From Candidatus Aenigmatarchaeota archaeon (GTDB lineage: Archaea; Aenigmatarchaeota; Aenigmatarchaeia; QMZP01; QMZT01), in contig JAPLVC010000007.1 in the NCBI GenBank assembly GCA_026397315.1, positions 32,001 to 96,000 of the forward strand: DNA of 64,000 bases, in the 5' to 3' direction. Positions within the stretch are counted from its first letter, which is position 1, and each line of letters opens with the position of its first letter. Both the position numbers and the translations under genes were made by a program. This document shows, one piece after another, positions 17,105 through 26,423 of the stretch. The notes under the pieces are model-generated. The model was not told the DNA's origin and did no database searches. It saw nothing but the letters and a program-made list of their open reading frames with translations.

Positions 17105-17431
17105 ATGGCAGAGGAAAACGCTGAGACAAGAAGCGAAGCGAAAGAGAGCAAATACAGGTTCAGAGAGAACGACAACGTGATATTCGTCGGGAGTAAGCCG
17201 ACAATGTCATACGTGCTTGCAGTGATGACCCAGTTCTCCGGTGGGACGAATGAAGTGCACATCAAGGCAAGGGGGCGTTCTATCTCGAGAGCGGTGGACG
17301 TCGTCGAAGTTGTGAAGAACAGGTTCGTCAACACGGCGAAGCACACGATAGAGATAGGCACCGAGAAGATGCACGCGGAGAACAACATGGATATCAACGT
17401 GTCGACCATCGACATAAAGCTCGTGAAGTAA
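17105..17431 (+). CDS. albA: DNA/RNA-binding protein Alba
   Basis: VIFVGSKPTMSYVLAV, IKARGRSISRAVDV; SD GGAGGTG. Confidence 0.95.
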   Translation: MAEENAETRSEAKESKYRFRENDNVIFVGSKPTMSYVLAVMTQFSGGTNEVHIKARGRSISRAVDVVEVVKNRFVNTAKHTIEIGTEKMHAENNMDINVSTIDIKLVK

Positions 17432-17444
17432 ACCAGCGACTGCT

Positions 17445-17500
17445 TTTTCTTTTATTTTATCGCCTTGAGCGAAAGCTTTGTCGATGCGAAAATAAAGAAA
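17445..17500. terminator. T-rich / A-rich imperfect inverted repeat between convergent alba and tRNA-Leu
   Basis: TTTTTCTTTTATTTT ... AAAATAAAGAAA gives oligo-U tracts on both strands. Confidence 0.4.
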
Positions 17501-17501
17501 G

Positions 17502-17690
17502 TGCGGGGGCGGAGAGTCGAACTCCGGAAGGCACTAAGCCACAGGATGGCTTATGAGGCTTTTTGTTCACAGACACCAGGTCTCGCAACTTAAAGTCCTA
17601 CCTTAAGTTTGGCAAAGACAGTTCGACAATGATTTTGTTCATTATCTTTCGCTGTCTTTCCTGCCCCTTTGACCACTCGGGAACCCCCGC
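17502..17690 (-). tRNA. tRNA-Leu(UAA) with two introns (30/31: 17609-17659; 37/38: 17548-17601)
   Basis: Spliced: GCGGGGGTTCCCGAGTGGTCAAAGGGG CAGGA CT TAA GA TCCTG, long variable arm, GTTCGAC T-loop; both introns form BHB-like motifs. Confidence 0.88.
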
Positions 17691-17738
17691 AATTAGAATT
17701 AATTAATCCGGATTAATAAAAAGCAGTTTCGCCAGCGC

Positions 17739-18860
17739 TCACTTTAAGAACTTGTCTACCTGTTTCCTCGCGTGCTCCCTCTTCCTTGCGTGCTCGCGCA
17801 GAAACGCTTCCATCTTTTCCACGAGAATCTGCTTCAGTTCGCCTGAAAGCAGCTTGCCGGACTTGTAGTCGTCGTAAATCTGCTGCATCTTCTTGTCGTC
17901 GGGCTCGAATTGCGAGTAGAGATACTGGTAGGCGACGTCGATTTCCGGCACGCCTCCTTTCTTGCGATGCTCCTCCAGCGTGTCTCGCCCTCCGGAGAAG
18001 GCGTATTTCATTATCTTGCTTTTTGCAGTGGCCGGGTCGTCCGTGAGGGCGATGTAGGAATACGGGTCCGAAGAGCTCATCTTCCCACCCTTGAGGCCCT
18101 TGATGAAAACATGATACGTCGACGATGGAAGCACGAAATTGTGCTCCTTCTCGAAGCGCGCCGCGATGTCCCTGCTTAGGCGTATGTGCGGGTCCTGGTC
18201 CGCGCCGACGGGCACGACGACGTGCCTGTAGCCGCCGAATTCAGGCAGCATGGGATGGAGGATGTCCGCGACCTGCGTCATGACCGACATTACTTTTCCC
18301 GGCGTGATTTCGCCGTAAACGGCCTTCATCTCGTTGAACGTGACCTTCTTAGCGGCCATGCCGGACAGGCGGTAGAACGCGTTGGCTTTGTCCGGGTCTT
18401 TCGAGCGCGCGCTCTGGAAGTAGAAGTCGCAGTTCTTCGGGTCGAGCCCGAGAGCTATGTAATTGACCAGGTATTCGTTTATCGCGATTTCGCGCAGCTT
18501 ATCCATGTCGTCTATGCGCATGTTGTATGCCTCGATGTCGGCGACGCAGATGAACACCTTCGCTCCGAGCACTTTCTGATGGTAGATTATCTGCTCTGCC
18601 AGGATCTTGTGACCGAGATGGAACTTGCCCGAAGGCATAAGCCCCGTGAGCATGGCGTAACTCTCTTTTCTCGCGAGCGCGTCGAGAATCTTGTCGAAGT
18701 CGCGATGGCCGAACACGATGCCTCTTCTCATGAGTAAGTGAGGCTCCTTCATCCGCTTTAGTAACGGCTCGAACGGCTGGATGCCGAACTCGTCGCGCAG
18801 CTTGGCGTAATCCTTCACTTCCATTGATCCCCATGGATTTATTTCAGTTTTCATTTTCAT
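17739..18860 (-). CDS. trpS: Tryptophan--tRNA ligase
   Basis: TGLMPSGKFHLGH, VPVGADQDPH, KMSSS, AFSGGR. Confidence 0.95.
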   Translation of the reverse strand: MKMKTEINPWGSMEVKDYAKLRDEFGIQPFEPLLKRMKEPHLLMRRGIVFGHRDFDKILDALARKESYAMLTGLMPSGKFHLGHKILAEQIIYHQKVLGAKVFICVADIEAYNMRIDDMDKLREIAINEYLVNYIALGLDPKNCDFYFQSARSKDPDKANAFYRLSGMAAKKVTFNEMKAVYGEITPGKVMSVMTQVADILHPMLPEFGGYRHVVVPVGADQDPHIRLSRDIAARFEKEHNFVLPSSTYHVFIKGLKGGKMSSSDPYSYIALTDDPATAKSKIMKYAFSGGRDTLEEHRKKGGVPEIDVAYQYLYSQFEPDDKKMQQIYDDYKSGKLLSGELKQILVEKMEAFLREHARKREHARKQVDKFLK

Positions 18861-18940
18861 CACTTGCCGTCATCACAGATAATCTATATTTTGATTCGTT
18901 TGTATATATTCTCTCACGGTCCGTTTCAATAACTGCCCGT

Positions 18941-19144
18941 TCAATCCAGGAATATGCCATAGCCGCCAAAGCTGGAGATGTCAATTCCTCTTCTGCCAAG
19001 TTCGCCTTCGATAACTTTCAACTCCGCAAGGTAATTTTCCAGTTTCCGTCCGGTCGGCCCTTCCACTATAAACCTTCCCTGGATATAACCGCGCCTTTCA
19101 AGCATCTGCAAAGTTTCGTTATTGCTGTTATTATCACCTAACAT
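18941..19144 (-). CDS. Small hypothetical protein
   Basis: 67 aa with strong SD AAGGAGGTG; lies between trpB2 and trpS. Confidence 0.6.
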   Translation of the reverse strand: MLGDNNSNNETLQMLERRGYIQGRFIVEGPTGRKLENYLAELKVIEGELGRRGIDISSFGGYGIFLD

Positions 19145-19177
19145 GTTTACACCTCCTTAAGTTTTCTTTGACGCAAC

Positions 19178-20482
19178 TCATAGGCCGAGCATCTCATGGT
19201 ATCCCGGAAGGTCGAGCAGACCGTGGCCGCTCAGGTTGAATAATATCGTTTTCCCCTCTTTCGTCTGCTTCGCCGCGAGCGCCTGGTCAATCGCCGCTTT
19301 CACCGCGAAGTTCGACTCTGGCGCCGGTATTATGCCTTCGCTCCTCGCGAATAAGCGGCCGGCTTCGAACGTCTCCTTCTGGTCGTATGCCATTGCCCTG
19401 ACTATTTTCTTGTTCACCAGCAAGCTAAGCGTCGGGGCGCATCCGTGGTAGCGCAGCCCTCCGGCATGTATCGCAGGCGGGATAAACTCGCATCCCAGCG
19501 TGCACATCTTCAGCAACGGCGTGAGCTTGCCCGTGTCGCCGAAGTCGTATTTGTAATCGCCCCTGGTCATGCTCGGCACGACGTCCGGCTCGACTGCGAT
19601 GAATTCGCAATCACTTTTCCCCGCCAGTTTCTTAGCAATGAACGGGTAGGCGAGGCCGGCGAAATTCGACCCGCCTCCCACGCAGCCGATTATCACGTCG
19701 GGTTTCTCATCGATTTTGTGCAGCTGTTTTTGCGTCTCGAGCCCTATCATCGTCTGATGCATGAGCACGTGGTTCAGCACGCTACCCAGCGAATAGTTCG
19801 TCTTCGCGTCCTTCGCCGCGACCTCTACCGCTTCCGAAATCGCGATTCCCAGCGAGCCTGGGGTGTCAGGGAAACGCTCGCGGATTTTCTTCCCGATTTC
19901 TGTCGTGTCGCTTGGCGACGCGACCACGTCTGCACCGAACATGCGCATGAGCATCCTGCGGTATGGCTTCTGTTCATAGCTCACGCGCACCATGTATACT
20001 TTGCATTTCATGCCGGTGAAAGCGCAGGCCATCGCTAGCGCCGAGCCCCACTGGCCTGCGCCAGTTTCCGTCGTGAGCGTTTCCACCCCCGCCTTCGTCG
20101 CATAATACGCCTGAGCAAGAGCGGTGTTCGGCTTGTGCGAGCCAACAGGCGACAAATCCTCGCGCTTGTAGAATATGCGCACGTCCTCAGGCAGCTTCAA
20201 TGCGCGCTCAAGCCTCGTCGCCCTGCACAGCGGTCGCGGCCTTCCTATCTTAAGAAACAGCTCCCTGAGCTCACGGGGAATTTTGACAAAGCGCTCTTCA
20301 GCGAATTCCTGCCTTATCAGCTCCTTGCAGAACAAAGGCTCCAGCATTTCCGGCTTGATTGGCTCGCCGTTGGCCGGGTTCAGCGGCATCGGCAGCGGCT
20401 CGGGCAGATCGGGCAGGATGTTATAGAAGTATCTGGGCAATTCTTCCTCACACAGGTCGACCCTGTAGCCAGAGTCGGCCAC
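19178..20482 (-). CDS. trpB2: Tryptophan synthase beta chain type 2 (TrpB2)
   Basis: GSHKPNTA (PLP Lys), [33 protein letters not shown]. Confidence 0.95.
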   Translation of the reverse strand: MADSGYRVDLCEEELPRYFYNILPDLPEPLPMPLNPANGEPIKPEMLEPLFCKELIRQEFAEERFVKIPRELRELFLKIGRPRPLCRATRLERALKLPEDVRIFYKREDLSPVGSHKPNTALAQAYYATKAGVETLTTETGAGQWGSALAMACAFTGMKCKVYMVRVSYEQKPYRRMLMRMFGADVVASPSDTTEIGKKIRERFPDTPGSLGIAISEAVEVAAKDAKTNYSLGSVLNHVLMHQTMIGLETQKQLHKIDEKPDVIIGCVGGGSNFAGLAYPFIAKKLAGKSDCEFIAVEPDVVPSMTRGDYKYDFGDTGKLTPLLKMCTLGCEFIPPAIHAGGLRYHGCAPTLSLLVNKKIVRAMAYDQKETFEAGRLFARSEGIIPAPESNFAVKAAIDQALAAKQTKEGKTILFNLSGHGLLDLPGYHEMLGL

Positions 20483-20533
20483 CCTTCATATTTTTTTCGT
20501 TGATAGCGTTTTCTCTCATACTCACACCTCCTC

Positions 20534-20743
20534 TTAAATGTCTCTACTATTGCTCATGAAGTGAAAGAACAGTTTCCCGTTTTCCTTCACGGTTTTGCCG
20601 CTATACCTGCCGTTGTCGAAGTCTATACCCTGTATGTAGGTCCTGCCATCTGCTCCGGTAAACATGAACCTTGTGTCCGACCCGTACATGCCGAAATCGA
20701 TATGCTTCGACGTGGCTATCTCGACTTTCCTGCTATCCAGCAT
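20534..20743 (-). CDS. Small hypothetical protein
   Basis: 69 aa, SD GGAGGT, tight operon spacing. Confidence 0.6.
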   Translation of the reverse strand: MLDSRKVEIATSKHIDFGMYGSDTRFMFTGADGRTYIQGIDFDNGRYSGKTVKENGKLFFHFMSNSRDI

Positions 20744-20755
20744 ACGCTGACCTCC

Positions 20756-20950
20756 CTAGTTTTCCTTCATCTTCGCCGACAGCAGCTTGTATGTAAGCGA
20801 ACCAGCGAAAACTGCGGCCGAAGAGAGCAATATCACGTTCGGTTCGAGCCCCACAACCACCCCGGCTGCAGATAGCTCTATCGCTTTCATTACCCCGTCT
20901 TCCAGGGCTTTCAACAGAAGCCCCTTCTCCCGAATGTTTTTTTGCACCAT
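20756..20950 (-). CDS. Small hypothetical membrane protein
   Basis: 64 aa, hydrophobic C-terminal half, operon spacing. Confidence 0.55.
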   Translation of the reverse strand: MVQKNIREKGLLLKALEDGVMKAIELSAAGVVVGLEPNVILLSSAAVFAGSLTYKLLSAKMKEN

Positions 20951-20980
20951 ACTTCCCGAAACCCATGTGTTTTTTGCGTC

Positions 20981-21313
20981 TCATGCTTTCTCCTTCGCTA
21001 TCGTGGTAAGCACAATCCTGCCGACGGCCGTGACCTTCGCAGGTTTGCCGTAGCCGTTGGTTATCATGCCCACTTCCTTGAGCGAGTTGATGTTCATCCA
21101 TACAGTCGATTTGGGACAACACAGCTGCTGCGATATTGCATCTACTGCGGAAGTAATCGTTCTGGAGCCGTGCTGTGCGTCCAGCGCCTTCAGTATCTCG
21201 ACTTTCTTCGAGTTGAGTATTTTGCTCGAAAGCTTGACCACAGCGTCGAGAACCTCGTTCACGCTTATGTCGCCACAATCCTCTTTCAGCCCGGAAGTGT
21301 AATTAAAAATCAT
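20981..21313 (-). CDS. Winged-HTH transcriptional regulator
   Basis: ISQQLCCPKSTVWMNINSLKEVGMI...VTAVG; SD GAAGGTG before ATG 21313. Confidence 0.8.
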   Translation of the reverse strand: MIFNYTSGLKEDCGDISVNEVLDAVVKLSSKILNSKKVEILKALDAQHGSRTITSAVDAISQQLCCPKSTVWMNINSLKEVGMITNGYGKPAKVTAVGRIVLTTIAKEKA

Positions 21314-21363
21314 CCCAAACACCTTCTTTTTGAAGGAATTCGATTTAGAAATGGGATGAAGTT

Positions 21364-21468
21364 TTAGCGCTTAATCCAAAACTTCATCAAATGCGAATAC
21401 CTGAAATCGGCCATACTCTGGGCTGAAAGAATCAAAAATTCATTTCCGAGTACGGTCGATGTTTGCAT
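21364..21468 (-). promoter_or_regulatory. Candidate leader peptide (34 aa, ends FWIKR) overlapping 13-bp hairpin 21355-21388
   Basis: TTTATAAA at 21491-21498 positions a leaderless start at ATG 21468; hairpin GATGAAGTTTTGG/CTAAAACTTCATC. Confidence 0.45.
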
Positions 21469-21579
21469 AATATTTTATTGCGGGCCATGTTTTATAAACG
21501 CAGCGTGCAGCATTTTCTGGAGTAAACCATTCGCTAGGCTCCGCGCAACATATTTAACGGAAACCTCGAAATATTAAGC

Positions 21580-22293
21580 ATGAAAAAACCCGCCGGGAAA
21601 AAACGGCCTAAGCGAACGAAACAAAACGAACTTGTAAAACCGGACAAGCGGCCGGAGTTCAGGGACGTGTTCATCGAGAGCCGCGCTTTCAAGACGCTCA
21701 TCACTTCTGCGATAGAGGTCTACAACCGCGAGACCAATGGCGTCATACTAGGCAGTAACACCGTCAAGGCGATAAAGGACGAGCGAAAGAAAGTGATCAC
21801 GATAAAGGAAGTATATCCGTTCCAGACGGAAGAGCGCAAACCATCCGAGGTTGTGCATGGCAATGTCGCCGCCTTCAAGCGCGTGCTGAGAACGATTGAC
21901 TCGTTCGACGCTGAAATCATAGGCGGCTATCACTCTCACCCGTTCCCGTATTTCAAGGTCAGGCTATCGAAGGGCGATTTTGCGTCGATAAAAGAGGACA
22001 TAGAGGCCATGATGAAAGTCGGCCACAAGCGCGTCGCCAACGAATGGCTGGAAATCCTTCTCTCGATAAAAAGGAAAGAATACGCCAAGCCCAGCGGCAG
22101 AGAATGGTATATCTGCGACTACATCAAGAAGCTGCGCTGCTACGTGAGGACGCAGAAGAAAGTCGGCTGGGACATACTGGTATCGGCTTACTGGATATAT
22201 CCCAAAAAGCAGGATCCTCAGAAGGCGAAACCGCTCAAGTGGGAGATGGGCGCGAAAGAAGCCGCGGTCTTCGTGCCGTGGAACCTCGATTAG
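21580..22293 (+). CDS. JAB/MPN (JAMM) domain metalloprotease-like protein
   Basis: RETNGVILG and YHSHP-x7-SKGD motif. Confidence 0.8.
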   Translation: MKKPAGKKRPKRTKQNELVKPDKRPEFRDVFIESRAFKTLITSAIEVYNRETNGVILGSNTVKAIKDERKKVITIKEVYPFQTEERKPSEVVHGNVAAFKRVLRTIDSFDAEIIGGYHSHPFPYFKVRLSKGDFASIKEDIEAMMKVGHKRVANEWLEILLSIKRKEYAKPSGREWYICDYIKKLRCYVRTQKKVGWDILVSAYWIYPKKQDPQKAKPLKWEMGAKEAAVFVPWNLD

Positions 22294-22305
22294 TATGGTG
22301 GTGTT

Positions 22306-23022
22306 ATGGAATATGTTATTGAAGCATCTGGTTTGACGAAGAAATTTGGCGCGCTGAAGGCCGTCGATGGTTTGTCACTTTCAATCAAAAAAGGCGAACT
22401 GTTCGGCCTACTCGGACCAAATGGCTCAGGCAAAACGACAACTATAAAGCTGCTGACCGGCCAGCTGAAACCACTGGATGGCCGTGCAAGAGTGATGAAT
22501 GTAGACGTCCTGAAAAACCCCATAAGGGTAAAGGAGCTTGTAGGTATAATCCCGGAGCAGGAGACGCCACCCAGTTTTCTGACTGCGGAAGAGTATCTTA
22601 ATTTCGTGTGCAAAATAAGGAAAATCGAAAACGCGGAAAATAGATGCAAAAAATGGCTGAAATTCCTGGAATTCGAGGACCAGAAAGACGTCCTGTGCAA
22701 AGACCTGTCCAGGGGAACGAGGCAGAAGCTCATGTTCGCCCAAGCTTTCATCCACGAGCCGAAGCTCGCCTTCATCGACGAGCCGCTCATAAACCTTGAC
22801 CCGGTAATACAGAGAAAAGTGAAGGATTTCCTGCAGGGTTTCGTGAAAAGGGGCGGGACGATATTCTTCTCCACGCACGTGCTTGAGATAGCCGAGGAGA
22901 TATGCACCAGGATAGCCATAATAGACAAGGGCAGGATCATTTACGAAGGCCGGATAAAAGACCTGAAAAGGAAAAAACAGCATCTCGAAGGATTGTTTTT
23001 GAAAATGGTGAAAGAGGCCTGA
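22306..23022 (+). CDS. ABC transporter ATP-binding protein
   Basis: GPNGSGKTT, LSRG, FIDEP, STH. Confidence 0.95.
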   Translation: MEYVIEASGLTKKFGALKAVDGLSLSIKKGELFGLLGPNGSGKTTTIKLLTGQLKPLDGRARVMNVDVLKNPIRVKELVGIIPEQETPPSFLTAEEYLNFVCKIRKIENAENRCKKWLKFLEFEDQKDVLCKDLSRGTRQKLMFAQAFIHEPKLAFIDEPLINLDPVIQRKVKDFLQGFVKRGGTIFFSTHVLEIAEEICTRIAIIDKGRIIYEGRIKDLKRKKQHLEGLFLKMVKEA

Positions 23023-24426
23023 ATGTTCGAACTATTAAAGAGCATGATGAAGGAGGAGTGGCGCTCGCATTCGACGATGTTCGGGAGCATGATGTTTGCC
23101 CTTTTCCCCGTAATGATTGCCATTTTCTCATTTGCCGGCTCTTTATTCCTGCCGCTTTTCACGACTATACTGGCGGCTGACAAAATCGCCCTGCTGGCTC
23201 ATTATACTTTTGTCATCTTCGGTCTGAGCGTCGGAGCTTTCGGCTTGTCCGGAAGGGAAATCATCAACAGGCGTTTCGGCCAGGCCAGCCTGATAGCGTA
23301 CTCTTCAAAAAGCCTGCCTGTATCCGAAAGAAAAATATTCATGAACTTCTGCGTAAAAGATGTCATCTATTATTTCACATTCTGGATATTGCCATTCATG
23401 GCCGGCCTCGCTTTCGCGCTGCCTTTCATGACCGTCAGCCTAGATTACCTGCTCGTTTTTTCTACTCTTTCGCTCTCGTTTTTCATCGGTCTCTCCGCCA
23501 TGTTTCTGCTCTCAACGCTTTATGCGCACTCAAGCCGGATTCTATTCGGCTTGCTGGCCATAATCGGGGTTCCGTTAATTTTTCTGGGTTTATATTTCGG
23601 TGTTGACCTGCCAAGCTCGCTGCCTTCATTCTCATTTTTCGTATCGCGCTCATGGGAAGATCTTGCCTTTGCATTGTTTCTGATAGTCGTCCCTTCAGCC
23701 GTATCCCTGGCTTTCCCGAAAATGGACTACCCGGAAAAGAAGAGAATGTACAGAAACTCGCTAGCAGGACTTTCAAAAAAACTTGACTTGTTGGGGAACT
23801 CTCACTTCATCTCCAAAGACATCATTGACATGCAGAGAAGCGAGGGTGGCCTTGGAAAAATATTATTTGCTTTCATATTTCCAGTAGCATTTATCTGGGT
23901 GCTTCTGTTTGTTTTCCTGAAGTTCGTGCCTATCGCCGATTTCCTGCTGGTGTTCTCCATTCTATTGGGTGTGCTGGCCTCTTCCATTTACGAATGGCTC
24001 ACGGAATTTGACATTTTCACCTCATATGTTTTCCTTCCGGTGAAAGTTTCGACTCTAATGAAAAGTAAAATAAAGGGCTACGCCATCATCAACATCGTCC
24101 CGCTTTCAATCCTGTTTTTAACGGCGATATGGCTTAATCAGCTTCAGGACCTGGTCATCGCCATGGCGGCATTCCTGTCTGTTTCCTCGTTCACGCTGTC
24201 CATCAAAATATACCTGACAGGCCTATATCCTAATATTCTCCTGTACAGCGCGAAGATATTCGTCATGTTTTTGTTCGCCGCCTCACCGGTGCTGCTGCCC
24301 ATGATAATTCTTTCCATAATCAATCCCCTATACCTGCTCGCCAGCCCTGTTTTGATGCTGCTGTCGTTCTACATCATAAAGAAAGGTTTTGCAAAATGGG
24401 ACAAGACCGAGAGCGTTTACTTCTAG
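23023..24426 (+). CDS. ABC-2-type exporter permease-like membrane protein
   Basis: About 12 TM segments in two halves; translationally coupled to the ATPase. Confidence 0.75.
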   Translation: MFELLKSMMKEEWRSHSTMFGSMMFALFPVMIAIFSFAGSLFLPLFTTILAADKIALLAHYTFVIFGLSVGAFGLSGREIINRRFGQASLIAYSSKSLPVSERKIFMNFCVKDVIYYFTFWILPFMAGLAFALPFMTVSLDYLLVFSTLSLSFFIGLSAMFLLSTLYAHSSRILFGLLAIIGVPLIFLGLYFGVDLPSSLPSFSFFVSRSWEDLAFALFLIVVPSAVSLAFPKMDYPEKKRMYRNSLAGLSKKLDLLGNSHFISKDIIDMQRSEGGLGKILFAFIFPVAFIWVLLFVFLKFVPIADFLLVFSILLGVLASSIYEWLTEFDIFTSYVFLPVKVSTLMKSKIKGYAIINIVPLSILFLTAIWLNQLQDLVIAMAAFLSVSSFTLSIKIYLTGLYPNILLYSAKIFVMFLFAASPVLLPMIILSIINPLYLLASPVLMLLSFYIIKKGFAKWDKTESVYF

Positions 24427-24490
24427 GAATTATCCTTGTTCATGCAAAATTAAAAACAGAATAAGTTTTTTAACATAAATATGTTGTGAG

Positions 24491-25780
24491 CTAGCGCGTC
24501 ACTTCTAGCTTGTTGACCGCTTCCAAAAGATCTTTGGCCTTCGCGTTCTTCTCGAAGTGCTGCCTGACCGGTTCTAGCAACTCGTTCAGGCGCAACGCCA
24601 CTCCCGATTTCAGATCCATGGGGTGAATTTTGCCCTCGGCATATGCTTTCTCCAGTCCCGCGTAGCTTTCGAAAGACACGTCGCCTCCGAACTTCTCATG
24701 CCTTTTGATGTCAAAAGTCTTGAACTTCTCGAAGATTATGAACTTGCAGTATTCGAGGATCGGGTTTTCTGCAATCTGTTTCTCCGGGCAGTAAGCCTTG
24801 GAAATCTTGCGCTTCACTTCCTCCGGCGAATCGGTCATGAATATCGCGGAATCGGGCTTCGATTTGCTCATCTTCATGTCGATAGCACGTTCAGTCGCAC
24901 TAATCACATGCTCAATTTTTATAGATCCGGGGAATAATTTATCATATAATATTTTGATTTTTGAGCCATCTGGATAATTATACTCACTAATATTTTTTTT
25001 AATGAAGAATTTTTGTTTATCTACAACATCTTCCAAAAAGAACTCATCTGCTTCTCTATAATATTTAAACCTAGATGCTTTGTTGTAAATATCTAAATCT
25101 AGACTATATCTTAAACTAACTACAGGTTCTACTAATCCCATCATCATATGGTGAGAGACGATGACCGGCTTCCAGTAGCCGAGCTTCGGGCCGATTTCGC
25201 GCGCGAGCACGTTGACCTTGCGCTGGTCCAGGCCGAGCTGGCATATGTCCGCCTTCAGATGAAAAATGTCCGCGGCCTGCATGCACGGGTAGAGAATCTG
25301 CGACGCCTGCTGCACGTCCGCGTCTTTCCGTCCCATTATCTGGCCGCAGCGGACGATTCTGTTGACAGTCGTGTTGCGCGCCACCTGCATGACCTTCTTC
25401 CAGTAGTCGTCGTCTTTCACGTGCCCTGAGGCCCAAACGAATTCTACGTTATCGGCGTCGAGGCCACACGACTTCCAGACCTCTATGAGGTATTTGCCTA
25501 CCGTCTGTATGTTCTCGAGATTACCGCCCATCTTGTTGTTCGCCCAGCCGTGCCAGTCGGCAACCAGCATCTTGAACTTGCAGCCGGCGGAAGTCATTTT
25601 GTTTATGTTTATCGCCCGCAGTAGGCCCTGCGCTATGTGGACGTGCCCGCTCGGCTCGAAGCCATCATACGCTATCGGATGCTTTTTCTCCGCGAGCAGC
25701 GCCTTCAGCTCCTCAGGAGTGACTATCTCCCCGCCTTCGCCTACCTGCGAAACCAGCTCGAAGCGCTTTTCGACATCCAT
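24491..25780 (-). CDS. tyrS: Tyrosine--tRNA ligase with ~70-aa insertion before KMSKS
   Basis: YDGFEPSGHVHIAQ, YPCMQAADI, GLDQRKVN, KMSKS. Confidence 0.95.
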   Translation of the reverse strand: MDVEKRFELVSQVGEGGEIVTPEELKALLAEKKHPIAYDGFEPSGHVHIAQGLLRAININKMTSAGCKFKMLVADWHGWANNKMGGNLENIQTVGKYLIEVWKSCGLDADNVEFVWASGHVKDDDYWKKVMQVARNTTVNRIVRCGQIMGRKDADVQQASQILYPCMQAADIFHLKADICQLGLDQRKVNVLAREIGPKLGYWKPVIVSHHMMMGLVEPVVSLRYSLDLDIYNKASRFKYYREADEFFLEDVVDKQKFFIKKNISEYNYPDGSKIKILYDKLFPGSIKIEHVISATERAIDMKMSKSKPDSAIFMTDSPEEVKRKISKAYCPEKQIAENPILEYCKFIIFEKFKTFDIKRHEKFGGDVSFESYAGLEKAYAEGKIHPMDLKSGVALRLNELLEPVRQHFEKNAKAKDLLEAVNKLEVTR

Positions 25781-26045
25781 ATGCAGTCACTTAATAGTTT
25801 GTTTGATTAGTTAATATTTTTGGACTGAACTTGAAATTGTATATGAGTGTTTTGCCGGCCAATAATCAGGCCTAAATAAAATACGAATAGAAGTCTTCGC
25901 TGCTATCGCTGACAGGGAATGCTATTTTTTTAGCCAGCGAATTTTTGCTCATGAAACAACCATGCATCGCAGCTATTTAAGCGCGCCGCGCAGGGAAAGC
26001 CGGAGCAAAACCGGTTTATTAAAATCGCCCGTGCAATAATTTATC

Positions 26046-26390
26046 ATGGGCCCATGGGAGACTGCAATAGACTTTTTGTATAAGGCCGGGTTTTTCGCAC
26101 TACTGACCGCGCTGCTGGTTTTCACGCTGCTTTATTTCCTGCTGTTCAACTGGCTGAGGAAAGCGAAGAAGCGCGAGCCCAAGAAATACGAGAAGGCGCT
26201 GTTCGTGATTGTCTCGATATTGGCGGCGTCGCTGATATTCATATTCTCCGTGGGCGAAGCCGCGGCTATCGTGACGACGTATGTCATGGCTGCGATATTC
26301 CTTGTCGTGATGTTCTTCTTCATCATGATACTGGCGCTCTCGTTCTTCGGCAAACCGACATGGAAATTCTGGAAAGTCGCTCCGGGATGA
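26046..26390 (+). CDS. Hypothetical membrane protein
   Basis: Three hydrophobic segments. Confidence 0.65.
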   Translation: MGPWETAIDFLYKAGFFALLTALLVFTLLYFLLFNWLRKAKKREPKKYEKALFVIVSILAASLIFIFSVGEAAAIVTTYVMAAIFLVVMFFFIMILALSFFGKPTWKFWKVAPG

Positions 26391-26423
26391 AGATTTTATA
26401 AACCGCATGGGTAATTGTGTTGT

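Noticed and set aside
24895-25140. Intein in TyrRS
   Set aside because: No N-terminal Cys/Ser block or C-terminal His-Asn plus nucleophile, and too short; kept only as an unexplained insertion.
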